A stretch of DNA of 63,451 bases, the filler included, from Octopus bimaculoides (lineage: Eukaryota): assembly GCF_001194135.2 (NCBI RefSeq). It is 6 parts of 5 records of this genome, joined end to end, with 100 filler letters (N's around TTAATTAATTAA, not from the genome) between each part and the next. Parts side by side here need not be neighbours in the genome. Positions count along the whole stretch, not along the records: positions 40,085 to 62,084 come from NC_068984.1; positions 62,185 to 63,451 come from NC_068984.1; 4 more parts are not named here. One strand, given 5' to 3'. The position numbers were made by a program, and so were the translations under genes. The notes beneath the pieces were generated by a model. It did no database searches. It saw only the letters and a list, made by a program, of their open reading frames with translations, and was not told the origin of the DNA. Positions within the stretch are counted from its first letter, which is position 1; every line of letters starts with the position of its first letter. This document shows positions 50,877 through 63,451 of this stretch, one piece after another.

Positions 50877-51125
50877 CCAAAACGATATACTGTGTAATCA
50901 CACACACATACACTCCCTAACACACGCACACACAAACAGACAAGGATATAACGGATAAACACACAATGTAATACGTAAGCATGTACACACACACAGAGAC
51001 ACCCACACAAGCACATACACATACATACACACACCTCCACACATAAACAAACAAGTGTATAACGGATAAGCATGAACACACTCTCAAACGTATAACAAAT
51101 AAGCACATACACACACACACACATA
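50525..51125. repeat. Degenerate tandem duplication (about 350-bp period) built on CA microsatellite
   Basis: AAACGATAC...ACACTCCCTAACACACGCA...GGATATAACGGATAAA...CTCTCAAAC occurs at about 50528 and 50880. Confidence 0.7.
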
Positions 51126-51670
51126 CACACTCAAACAAGCAGAGTATAACACATGAAGATATAAGCGCAATCAGACACTCACACATACATACAAATTTCT
51201 ACTCCCGCCGTTTGCTATCAGATACACCTCTACTCCTGTTTATCCACACTGTTTGTCCAACAGCCCGTTTCCACCAGCTTCGTCCACAAAACCTTTATCA
51301 TCAGAACAGCATCCTCTCCCATACCCACAGACACACACTCTTTTAACCCCTCCCCGCCAACAACCGTCTACCTCCTACCTAAATACGTTCATGTTGAACA
51401 TTAATCGATCAGTCCTCACCAGTCTGCGGGAGATTACAAAAACTCCCCGAAGTAAAATACAATCTTCCCAGCAAGCTACACATATATGTGTGTGGGGGGG
51501 GGGGAGTAAGTGAGAGAGAGAAAGAGAGAGAGAGAGACATACATGTGGTATATAAACATGTGTAATACATAATTTTGTATAAACAATATAAATATATTAC
51601 ATGCATATATAATATAAATATATATACAATATCTAATATATATTATATACGTATATAAAATAATAAATAT

Positions 51671-51711
<41 letters not shown>

Positions 51712-51751
51712 CTTATGTAAACTAAATATTGCTTAACCGTCCTCTCACACC

Positions 51752-51799
51752 GTCTCCGATGAAGGGATATAATAAATATCCTGGAAACAGCTGTAAGAC
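51752..51799 (+). other. Degenerate minimal hammerhead motif (further family)
   Basis: GTCT-CCGATGA-A-GGGATAT-AATAA-ATATCCTG-GAAA-CAGCTG-TA-AGAC. Stem I is GTCT/AGAC, stem III is the palindrome ACAGCTGT, and U4 is changed to C. Confidence 0.6.
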
Positions 51800-52094
51800 C
51801 TATTCATAAATGTTCTATACAGCCTTGGTTTTTTATCTCATTACGAAATCCTTATATTCACACGCTGATATATGACCTACGTTGGACCCCTTATTCACAT
51901 AATCACCGAATCTTGAGCTTAACTATGGTCTATCCACAGCACTTACTCAGCATTACCTGAAACCTCTGGGTCTAATTGACACCACTTTCGCTCAACGTTA
52001 AAGATTTTCTCTATTCCCGAGCATTAAACTAATACATCCTTTTGTTGTTTACACCACCTGTCTTCGTTTGTTGTTGTTTTTTTCGTAAATTCTC

Positions 52095-52133
<39 letters not shown>

Positions 52134-53044
52134 NNNNNNNNNNNNNNNNNNNNNNNNNNNNNNNNNNNNNNNNNNNNNNNNNNNNNNNNNNNNNNNNNNN
52201 NNNNNNNNNNNNNNNNNNNNNNNNNNNNNNNNNNNNNNNNNNNNNNNNTTCATCTTTTACTTTGGGTGGGGTTCCAAAGTTAGATTTCTAATAAAGATTC
52301 TTCATATTAAATTGGTAGCTTACTATTGTAAGTATTCTTTTGTTGTCCCGAGGCTATAGTAGAAAACACTTGCCCAAGTGTGGGACTGAACCCGGATCCA
52401 TGTGGTTGAGAAGCTAGCTTCTTACCACACAGCCACGCCATATATAGCTACCCGTACGTGAATATACAGGCATCACATTCTCACCTCCATTTTCTCGTAC
52501 TGTCTTTCTTCTCACTTGTTCTTCGCATATTTTCCTTGACTCTGTTTTCCCTTTTCCATCTTCACTGCACCATTCTCTCTCTCTCTCTCTCTCTCTCACT
52601 CACTCAGTCTCCTTTATCTTTCTCCTTCTACTCCTCCCTCACCTTCTTATGCTGCCCTTTTATCCCCCTGTCTCATCTGCCAATCCCATCCGTTCCCACA
52701 ATCCTCGACTATAATCGTCTTCCTTTACCAACGTTCTTAACTCATTCTTGTATTTCGATATTTCTGCATTCTTCTTAAGAAAATCGCGGCAGGTAAGCTC
52801 TCATGCCACCCAAATTGCAGCAGAACCTTCTGGTCCGTTGCCAAGAGGGTCTCTTCCAACTTTAGAAAATCCTCTTATCCACCACCTCTCAACCTGATCA
52901 ATTTTATAAAAAGTTTCAAGAAGTAGCGGATTGTATTACAAGGTATCCTCAAACGAAAACTTTTGCCAGGATGTATGTATGTGTACGTGTATATATATGT
53001 CTGTGTCTCGTATATGTATATATATATATATCGGGATTAAATAA

Positions 53045-53335
53045 ATAGACAACAAACGGAAAATATGACCTACCTATATATATAATATGTGACAATTATA
53101 CGGTTGGCATAATAAAATTCCGAGTTTCGGATGTCAGGGCGGAAACCTGCACCGGCATCTCTTCAGTTATCGAGGCAATCAAGAGATGCCGGTGCAGGTT
53201 TCCGCCCCGACATTCGAAACTCGGAGTTTTATTATGGCAACCGAATAATTGTCACATATATTACAGAAAAAGTCCTCTATTTACTTAATATCGAGGTCTT
53301 TTTCATTCTTTTGTTGTCTTACCATTACTATTAAT
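53045..53335. mobile_element. Head-to-head inverted pair of Penelope-type hammerhead termini
   Basis: The left arm (minus) reads CGATAA-CTGAAGA-GATGCCGG...GACATCC-GAAA-CTCGGAA-TT-TTATTA. The right arm is the same unit on plus, missing the CTG. Same family as 31415-31590. Confidence 0.7.
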
Positions 53336-54997
53336 ATATATATATATATATATATATAATTTAATGTGAACTGTATCCAAATAATAGCTCCGAAAAGTTT
53401 CTTCCCATTAAAACATGTGGTTAGGCAGGTTTTTATAATGTGCCTTGTGTCTCCCAGCAATCTCCAAGCACTGAGTACATGGTTTGTTCTATTTGAAAAT
53501 CAAGATGCTCGTATATGAGAAACCACTTGAAAAAACGAGAAGAATGTTGATGCAAAAATTGGAATGAGAAGACAAAGGTAAAAAGAAAAACGGAAAAAGA
53601 AAAGAAAGAAAATTAAAGAAGCCATAATTAATGACCAGGTGTGTATGATAAACTCTGTCGTCAATGAGGCAGAAGTCATAGCAACGCTTCAAGATAACGT
53701 ACCTGGAAAGAAAAATTACATCGGTTTATGCGAAGGCAGTGCAGGTAAAAAGTTAAGCAAAACATACAAGGTGATTTCAATAAATAATAACAAAGAGAAA
53801 AGGTATTCTGTTACCTTATATCAGCTCATCATGTGTGTGTGTGTGTGTGTGTTTCCCTTTCTGTTTGTGTTTGTCCCGAACCACCGCTTTACATCTCTGT
53901 AATTTAGTGGTTCGACAAAAGAGATTAACAACATAAGTAGTAGGCTTTTGAAAAAAGTACTACGATCGATTTATTCGACTAAAAGTTCTTCGAGGTGGTG
54001 CCCCAGCATGTGCGTAGTCTAGTGACTGAAACAAGTAGAAGATAAAATATTCCACTGTATTCTGGAGCGATAAAGTGTAAAATTGTAAAGAATTTGACAC
54101 TTTCTAAAAGTTGGATAAAAACTGGCAATTTTTCAAATTTCTAAAAGTTATGTGGTCAGTGGAAATGTTGAATTATCACACATGAAAGCTGGAAAAACAT
54201 TATATTCTCCAAAGGAAAGAATTTCTTTTATGAGCTAACTAATTCACTGTGGCAATGTGAAAAATTCTGAAGAAATTCAATACTAACTTTGACAAAAGAA
54301 ACGCAAAATTCTGAATTTCTTACACGTATGAATTCAGCGAATTAGTAAAGTTTCACATTGAAAAAAAAAAAGTGTATGTATGTTATGTAGTTTTATTTCT
54401 AAGTATCACGGCAATGGCGAAAGAACTGGTTTCTAACCTGGATCCAAGGCAGCTTCATTGGAATTTCAACATTAACGGAGTATGCATGTATACTCTTTTA
54501 CTCTCTTTTACTCTTTTACTTGTTTCAATCATTTGACTGTGGCCATGCTGGAGCACCGTCTTTAGTCGAGCAAATCGACCCCAGGAGTTATTCTTTGTAA
54601 GCCTAGTACTTATTCTATCGGTCTCTTTTGCCGAACCGCTAAGTTACGGAGACGTAAACACACCAGCATCAGTTGTCAAGCGATGTTGGGGAGGGGGGAC
54701 AAACACAGACACACAAACGTACACACACACACACATACATATATATACATATATACGACGGGCTTCTTTCAGTTTCCGTCTACCAAATTCACTCACAAGG
54801 CTTTGTTGGATGACGTTCCTCTGCTACTTATATATTTGTGCTTTCAAATACAGTACGTCCATAAGAGGTATTATTTCCTGAGAAATCCCGCAGTTAATTT
54901 GCCATTTCACGATGTACGTGTATTAAGTATGATACACATATGGCTGCAGATATGTGTGTGTGTGCATGTGCGCGTGTGTGTGCGTGTGCGTGTGCGC

Positions 54998-55043
<46 letters not shown>

Positions 55044-55048
<5 letters not shown>

Positions 55049-55363
55049 GATGTGTGGCTTAGTGGTAAGGGTATTCGGCTCACGATCGCAAGGTCGTGAG
55101 TTCGATACCCGGCAACGCGTTGTGTTCTTGAACAAGACACTTTATTTCACGTTGCTCCAGTGCTCTCAGCTGGCAAAATGAGTAGTACCTGTAATTCAAA
55201 GGACCAGCCTTTTCACATCCTGTGTCACACTGAATCTCCCTGACAGCTACGTTAATGGTACACGTTTCAGTGGAGTGCTCAATTTGCACATTAATTTCAC
55301 GAGCAAGCGATTCCGTTGATCGGATCAACAAGAGCCTTCGTCGTCGTAACCGACGGAGTTCCA
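55044..55363 (+). mobile_element. tRNA-derived SINE (TGGCTTAGTGGT head, GCTGGCAAAATGAGT core)
   Basis: A box and GAGTTCGATACC B box. Copies at 40186-40498(-) and 57419-57742(-); a variant with a different tail at 56655-56855(-). Confidence 0.8.
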
Positions 55364-56465
55364 GTTATACACACACACACACACACACACACACTGAGTA
55401 AAATCTTTACACAACACTGCTTTTCCACATAATGTAGGTGTCACATGTTTACATATTTCAATGAACATGTGACTGCTTTAAATACGATTGTGTCAGGAGA
55501 AGATCTTGAATTTATCTATCTAGCTAGCTAGCTAGCTTGATTTCATTTACAAGTGTTTTTTCCCTTTATGTCTATACTGACATATCCTTATATTATTGCT
55601 CTAAATACTTAACTTTTATTCAGCTCTCATTTTAATCACTTTGCACAAAAGCACTGTTGTCACATATCTCAGATTTATACAGTTACAGCCCTCACATTAT
55701 GACCTTCTTTTTGCTGAAAAAGACATCATGTGGCCCTATAGTACGATAAATGTGTGACTTCTAGAAACACGACGGCGTCCAGAGAACTTAGAAAACGCAT
55801 TTATGTATATATTTACGTATTTATTCATTCATTTGTCTTTTTCAATTTGTAGCTTGATTTCATTTTAACGTGTTTCATCCTTTTGACTAAATAAAGAATT
55901 ACGTTTTAATTGCGAAGTATTTTTTTTTCCAGAAATTACTACGACAGCTCTGGTACTGGTGTTTCTGTAACAATGGTTGTGTTGATAAAGCGTCAACAAC
56001 AGAAGCATTTATAAAGGTGTTTATGGTACTGTTAGTGATGACAATAGCAGCCGTATTGATAGGGGTGTTAGTAGTGGTGGTGTTTAGGAAGACAATGGTA
56101 ACTGTGTTCATAAAATGTTTAGTGGTGGTGTTTACAGAGACGATGGTAGCAACATTCTTAGAAGTGTTAATGATGGTGATTTTGGAAATAATAGCAACAG
56201 TGTTAATAAAGATATCTGTGGTACCGTTCGAGGTGTTTGTGGCTGTGCTAGAGTTGGTGTTAATGTCGGTGTTTGAGTTGGTGCTAGTGTTGGTGGCGTT
56301 GGTGGTGGTGTTGGTGGTGACGTTAGAGTTGGTGGGGGTTTTAGTGATGTTTGAGGTGTTTGTTGTTAGCGATAGTATTCGTGGTAATATTTGTAGTGGT
56401 GTTTGTGGTAACAAGGAAGGCGATGAAGTTTAGTGATTGTGTCCAGTGCCGTCTCAAGACATGGG

Positions 56466-57123
56466 CAGGACCGGATTAACCCCATAAGGGCCCTAAGCAC
56501 TTTGGTGTTCCCATATATATATGTAATCCAAAACATAAACAATAATAAACCATAAAATAAATTCTTATTTTTCAAAATGAAACAAAACTAACAGTAAATA
56601 ATGTTTATTTTTGTATTATAAAAAAATAAATGCGCCATGGGCCCGGTTTCAATGGCGTATGTGTTCTCCCCTCTGCTAGCTGGACGGGACGCCAGTCCAT
56701 CGCAGCGTTACTCATTTTTGCCAGCTGAGTGGACTGGGGCAACATGAAATGAAGTGTTTTGTTCAAGAACACAACGCGTCGCCTGGTCCAGGAAACGAAA
56801 CCACAATCTTACGATCGTGATACTGACACCGTAACCACTAAGCCACGCGGCTCCACATATTTTTGTATACTTCCACTTTATTTATATTTGAAAAATTTTC
56901 TACTTTTTTTTTTAATTGCAAAGTCTTTGATCAGATCCTCACTATGACACCATGAACGCTTCGAAATTATATTTCCGATCATATATACCATTTTGAATAT
57001 TATTTTAACAAGTTTAAAATGATTTCTTTTGTGCCGGAAACCATTTACCATTTCTGCGGTGCCCCACCTTCCCTTGATGTCCTAAGCACATGCTTATTTT
57101 GATCAATGGTTAATCCAGTGCTG
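56466..57123. mobile_element. hAT-like MITE with a nested SINE
   Basis: Terminal inverted repeats CAGGACCGGATTAACC and GGTTAATCCAGTGCTG. Decayed 8-bp flanking duplication GACATGGG/GGCGTGGG (6 of 8). Confidence 0.65.
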
Positions 57124-59025
57124 GGCGTGGGTATACTTGGGATCTCAATGGTTTAGGGGGCCAATTCTGGATTTGGTGAACGGACACTGAATGAGGCCCG
57201 TCACATATGTGTGTCTTTGTGTCTGTGTTTGACCCGCACCACCGCTTGGTAAGCGGTGTTGGTATGTTTACGCCCCCAGTAACTTAGCTGATCGGCAAAA
57301 AGGACCGATAGAATAAGTACCAGGCTTTAAAAGAAATAAATACTGGAGTCACATTGTTCAAGGCAGTGCCCCAGCATGGTAGCAACTTAGTGACTGAAAC
57401 AAGTAAAATGTTATAGGAGCACTCCGTCGGTTACGACGACGAGAGTCCCAGCTGATAGGATCAACGGAACAGCTTACTCGTGAAATTAATGTGCAAGTGG
57501 CTGAGCACTCCACAGACACGTGTACCCTTAATGTAGTTCTCAGGGAGTTTCAGCGTGACGCAAACTGTGACAAAGCTGGCCCTTTGAAATTCAGGTACTA
57601 CTCATTTTTGCCAGCCGAGTGGACTGGAGCGAGTAATGTGAAATAAAATGACTTGCTCAAGGACACAACACGTTGCCAGGAATTGAACTCACGACTTTAC
57701 GATCGCGTGCCGAATGCCCTAACCACTAAGCCATGTGCCTTCACAAAAAAAATATTGCAGATAACAGATAATGGCTATCTTAGCCACTTGAAACGCAGGA
57801 ATATTAAAATTAACAAAAGGGAAAAAAAACCAAAAAAAAAAACAAAATTCGTGTCCTAAAAGACTGCTACTCCAAAATCCGCCATTTTATAGACCCACTA
57901 CCAAAAAGTTAAAAAAAAAAAAGAAAAAAGAAAAGTGAGGCAAAAGAAGTTGGTTGTGGTGGGATTTGAACTCGGAGCGCAGAATGTAGGAACAAAATGT
58001 TTGTAGTGGTAGTTGTGCTAGCGATGGCATTTTAGTAACATGGGTAGTAGTGTTGGTGGTGATGGTTGTTTAGTACTATGATTATGAGTAGTGTTAGTAA
58101 TACGACTGTGTTAGAGAAGGCAGTGAGCTGGCAGAATCGTTAGCACCGCTGGGCAAAAAAAAATGCTTAGCGACATTTCGTTCGTCTTAACGTTCTTAGT
58201 TCAAATTCCGCCGAGGTCGACCTTTGCCTTTGAAGACCGATAAAATTAAGTACCAGCTGAACACTGGTATCGATGCAATCAACTTAGCCCCCTCCCCCCG
58301 AACCGGCTGACCTTGTACCAAAATTTGAAACCAATATGACTTAGTGCTGATGTTTAACCCCAAGACAGCTCCTATCGAGTCAAGTAGACCGTTAAATCAA
58401 AGGCATTTTCGCTATGATCCGCCACGATTCCTAAATAGTATGTATCCTTACCTCCTTTACGACTGTTGGGTGTAAAATGAGGTACATTTGGCTAGCATTT
58501 CTAACAAGTAGAGTTACAATGTAGGATTTGAACCAATGAGCGATCCTCAACGAGGTCATTCGATTTTCCCGAAATAGTAACCAAATCTTCCTAATATCAC
58601 ACGCCATTGTAATATCAATAGATAAATAAATAAAATGCTATCATACGTTCCCAGTAAGTAGGGAAAATGATGAAATGGTCACGGATGGATTGCCTTTGAT
58701 CACAGATTTACTAGATCAGGTTTGACCTGGGGCTAAACGGCAATAACAACTAGATTGCGGATCCCTCGTTCGATATTTGTGGTGACAGCGGTAGTGGTGT
58801 AAGGATGGGTGATAGAGGTGGTGCTGGTAGTAGTAGTAGTAGCAGCAGCAGTGTCGGCGATGGTAAATCTAACTGGTTTACATCACACCACCGACTCACC
58901 ACCCAACTCATTACCCGTAGATAATTTCCGTCTTTATATGTGCGTGTGTGTGTGCGAGTGTGTGTGTGTATGTATGTCTCTATGTACACTCTACTCACTC
59001 ACACACATATACACACACACATGCA

Positions 59026-59067
<42 letters not shown>

Positions 59068-59855
59068 CACCCTTCTTTGTAAGTTTCCTTCGCCCTCCAC
59101 TACTCACTGCACACAGCCGGTTTAAACCAGCTCTATCATTAAAAACAAACAAAACAAGCACAAATGTAACAGCAATACCAAACTAAACAACAACAACTTA
59201 TTCCCTTTCTCTCTTTCTTTCTTTTATCTTTCTCTCCTCCCCCCTGTCTTTCTCTCTCTTTCTCTTTCTCTCTAACAGACAATGGCTGCTATTGTGTGTT
59301 TTCAGAGCAACGTTTCTTGTTCACGGCTACATGAAATACCGACTGAAAATGAGCCATTGTGGTCGTCTTCTATACGCTGGCTCGCCCTACTAGACATAGC
59401 AGTCAAATCTCATCCCAATTACCCCCTGTAGTCATACAAAAATAACGAATAAACACGATAAAATCAATTCAGGATGGATGGTCACGGGTCGAACATTTTT
59501 TATCATAAGTCTACACAATCAGAGGTGACCTGGGGTTACGACTGGCCTTAAATATATGCAAATAACTATTCTAAACAAGATCCTATGCTGTAATACCGAA
59601 ACAGCACATCCTTGTTTCTGTTCGTCCCTCCTCACCCGCTCTTTTTATCTCTCTTATCTAATTTCCCTTTTCTCGTTTCCTTTTCTCGTTTCCCTTTCTC
59701 TTCTTCTCTCTTCCCCCTTATCCCTTCTATCATCCGCGCCCAATATTTTACACGCAGACGTGGCTGTGTGGTTTAGAAGCTCGTTTTGCAACCACGTAGT
59801 TTCGAGTTCAGTCTTACTGGACGGTTACATCCTTTGCTAATAACACACGCGCACG

Positions 59856-59902
<47 letters not shown>

Positions 59903-60819
59903 GGGGAGTTAATTTGAATATTTTGCATCATAAATTACATAAGCCTTACACATGTTTCACTAGTAGTAATGGTTACGAGGGCGATTGCGTAATAACACTG
60001 AAACGCCAGATCTTCAGAAGAAAATAAAAATTCAAGCTGTTGTTATTTATCAGTTGGTTAACATATCTACCGTAGCACTGTCAACTAAATTATGATGGTC
60101 CACATATTGAGCAAGAGACACGAGTCCACGACAGTCCAGCAGACAATAAACCTACCCTTTTCCATAATGTCATGCGAACTTGTCTCTTGAGATTGCCTCA
60201 CTTTCTCGTGTGGAGCTATCTTCACTACTATTTGATAATAATGACACATCCTCAAGAGGAGAAGTTAATTTTAATAAATCAAGAATTTAGGATCTATGGT
60301 ATTTGAGTTTATCTATGTTGCTCAAATACATGCCAACCGCCACTTCGGATTATTTTCCTTAGCTCATTTTTGTTTCTACTCTTTTTGTATAAGTCTAATT
60401 CCTTTGGCTACTAGTAATAAGGTTAGGCAATTGCCTTGCTGGTGACGGTTATAGTGCCAGAAGCACGAGCACGCGACTTGTTTGCTAGAGATAGGTTAAG
60501 ACAATTACTGTGCTGATGACGCTTATTGCGACAAAAGCATGTTCCTACGACTGTCTTCTTATCTCCTAATAATTAGCCTGTGCTTTTGTTTAATGACATG
60601 TCAACTTTGGAGAGGTCTTGATTCATGAGATTCTCTCCCCTTCTCGTGTGGAATTGAGCTTTAATTGCTATTTAGTAATTATGTCACATCCAGAGAAAAA
60701 GATTTCAATAAATCAAGAATTTATGTTGTGTGGTATTTGATACACCTGTAATTTGTCTATGTTGTTCAAATACATACCAACGGACACTCTGAATTATTTC
60801 CCTTAGCTCATTTTTATTT

Positions 60820-60867
<48 letters not shown>

Positions 60868-61189
60868 CTTCTTTTCTTTCTTTCTCTCTTACACACACAC
60901 GCACACACACACATACATACGTCCGCTTAAAACCTAGGAGAGCCACAATTGATGGTAAAAGCCTCAGTAACATAAATCAGGGCGGAAACATTTGTTTACT
61001 CAGATGAAGAACTAACAAGAATGGTCGTATTCCTTGTGAATTTCGGAGACGAAAGAAACGCAACTTGTATTGTAAATGCCATCATCTGAACAAGCATATA
61101 TCACACAGAAAAGCACGCACACGCACTGCTTGTTTGCTTGCTTCATGCTCTTGTTTGAGTCATCACGGCTTTGTGGTCCCACAGACTTC

Positions 61190-61345
61190 ATCATGCATAG
61201 AGTCAACCAGGTCCACCAGTGCTCCCCGACGCTGGCGCTCCTGTGCCAGCCCCCCTGCTTCCTCCAAGTGACGCCGATCCTCTAGAGTTCTTTCCCAATC
61301 ACGTTCGGCCACCTGATGCGGGCCTGCCACAAGGCCTCTTCCAGC
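61190..61345 (-). mobile_element. RTE-clade LINE, extreme C-terminal fragment
   Basis: Frameshifted ARIRWPNVIGKEL.RIGVTW and LAQERQRRGALVD resemble the RTE C-terminus (GxTW...LAQDRxRWRALV). Confidence 0.6.
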
Positions 61346-62042
61346 CTGTAGCTGTTGCGTCGAATGAGAGTAAAGCTCTATATAGGATGATCTACACACG
61401 TTGTTTTATATATTTCAAAAACATATCCTTATCAAAAAATGAGAGAATATTCATTGTTCTAGAGATGATATAATATAACGTCAAACCTTTTCAGTAATCT
61501 GAGCAAATCTTGTTCATCCTCTACCGCTCGATGGTTCAAGTACGAGGCAGTATAAGCTGCAGTGAGTGGGGCCGTATACCAGCTACGTTGGTACCCCTGA
61601 GCCCTAGCAGTCAATGAGGGGACTAGAGACTAGGTTTGTAGAGAGTTTAATGAAAACAGCGGACAGGTGGAGGAAGGCTGTGGTGGGGATGTGACTGAAG
61701 GGTGTGTTGAAGAGACGGGAAGTATTAGGCAAGATAAAAAGACAAAGGGATGAGATATACATTTGAGAAGCTTAAATGACTTTGGTTCTTTGGTTCTTTA
61801 TTTATATTAATGGCAACGAGACTTTTGATTCACCCGCCATCACACAATGTGTGTGTGTGTGTGTGTATATATAGGCGTAGGAGTGGCTGTGGTAAGTAGA
61901 TTGCTTACGAACCACATGGTTCCGGGATCAGTCTCACTGCGTGGCACCTTGGGCAAGTCTCTTCTACTATAGCCTCGAGCCGACCAAAGCCATGTGAGTG
62001 GATTTGGTAGACGAAAACTGAAAGAAGCCCGTCGTATATATG

Positions 62043-62084
<42 letters not shown>

Positions 62085-62456
62085 NNNNNNNNNNNNNNNN
62101 NNNNNNNNNNNNNNNNNNNNNNNNNNNNTTAATTAATTAANNNNNNNNNNNNNNNNNNNNNNNNNNNNNNNNNNNNNNNNNNNNCGTGTGTGTCTGTCTG
62201 TGTGTCTGTCTGTTTAGGTATATTTTTGTACACGTGTGGTGGGGGTGCGGCGTGTGATGCTTCGTGATCTACATTACTGGGTCTTTTTTGTGTGTGTTGT
62301 TAAATGTCCCTGTCTCCTCTTTCATTGTTCAAATCTTTGCCGTGTAGTTTAAGAGTATCCTGTTTTTATTTCGTAGAAATGCTGCGTAAATGTTACGTAA
62401 TCTTTCTGGTTCGCCTCGTCACTACAGACGATCCATTTGAAGCAAGCAACAACACG

Positions 62457-62503
<47 letters not shown>

Positions 62504-62685
62504 AATAACAACGATAACAACAACATAGAACTTTATGCATAACATGTATATATATATATATATATATTTATGGATGGATGTATATATGCATGTATGTAGA
62601 CCAAAATGTGAAAACGGGGTCTTGATTGTGTACAGACGAATTTCACAGTATAGTTATTTATATGGAAGAAAATTGAGGAATCACC

Positions 62686-62731
<46 letters not shown>

Positions 62732-62919
62732 NNNNNNNNNNNNNNNNNNNNNNNNNNNNNNNNNNNNNNNNNNNNNNNNNNNNNNNNNNNNNNNNNNNNN
62801 NNNNNNNNNNNNNNNTTTTTTTTTTTTTTTGGGAGGGGGTTTTTATTTTGCGTATGTTTTCATTCCCGCCGTATGACATAACTGCATAGTTTCGCATCAA
62901 CTACAATCAGTTTACTACT

Positions 62920-63125
62920 TTTACAACTATTACTGCTGCTGCTACTACTACTAATACTACTACTACTGCTATCACCACCACCACCACCACTACTACTACT
63001 ACTACTACTGCGACTAATGAAAGCAGAAGCAGTGGCAGCAGCAGCAGTAACAACAGTGGCAGTAGCAGCAGCAGCAGCAGCAGCAGCAACGGTANNNNNN
63101 NNNNAGCAGCAGCAGCAGCGGCGGC

Positions 63126-63181
<56 letters not shown>

Positions 63182-63189
63182 CAGCAGCG

Positions 63190-63231
<42 letters not shown>

Positions 63232-63285
63232 TAACTACCAAAACTATACTACAAATACTACTACTACTACTACTAGCTACTACGA
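62920..63285. repeat. Compound trinucleotide microsatellite (ACT/ACC/GCA/GTA)
   Basis: Directly visible. Confidence 0.9.
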
Positions 63286-63451
63286 AGCTACTTTGAGGTC
63301 ATGTGACCAGCTTATTTGCCAATTATTAATGTATTTTATTTCAGGAAGTCAAACGTTCTTTTTTTTTCTTTTCTTCTGTTTTATCAAGGTTTTTTTTTTT
63401 ACTTCTTTTATTAATGTAAAAGCCTATTTTGGTTTTTATCGCTATTTTTTC

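Noticed and set aside
55899-56433. Overlapping Thr/Asn-rich and Val-rich ORFs, mucin-like
   Set aside because: This is decayed trinucleotide sequence open on both strands, with no signal peptide or splice context.
60960-61110. CAGATGA...GAAA hammerhead-like strings
   Set aside because: The core is mutated and stems II and III cannot be formed convincingly.

Overview
This is an AT-rich, microsatellite- and SINE-dense animal genomic scaffold with many N gaps. The repeat families point to an octopus, which is inference. Three host genes are supportable. (1) TRMT6, the non-catalytic subunit of the tRNA m1A58 methyltransferase, has an intronless CDS on the minus strand (526-2040). (2) About 0.9 kb away and head-to-head are the first six coding exons of mitochondrial tyrosyl-tRNA synthetase YARS2 (2946-12478, 240 codons, all GT-AG and phase-consistent); its 3' half is not visible. 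(3) One isolated minus-strand exon resembles kanadaptin/SLC4A1AP (31648-31761). The rest is repeats: several tRNA-derived SINE families, remnants of R4/Dong, RTE and L1/Tx1 LINEs, a Helitron PIF1 fragment, MITEs and long palindromes. The most striking signal is a set of about nine mostly degenerate Penelope-type minimal hammerhead ribozyme motifs in at least four unrelated repeat families. One family joins a tRNA-derived Pol III head to a hammerhead tail. Two inverted copies of it bracket YARS2 exons 3-4, an in-frame 330-nt module that carries the HIGH motif.
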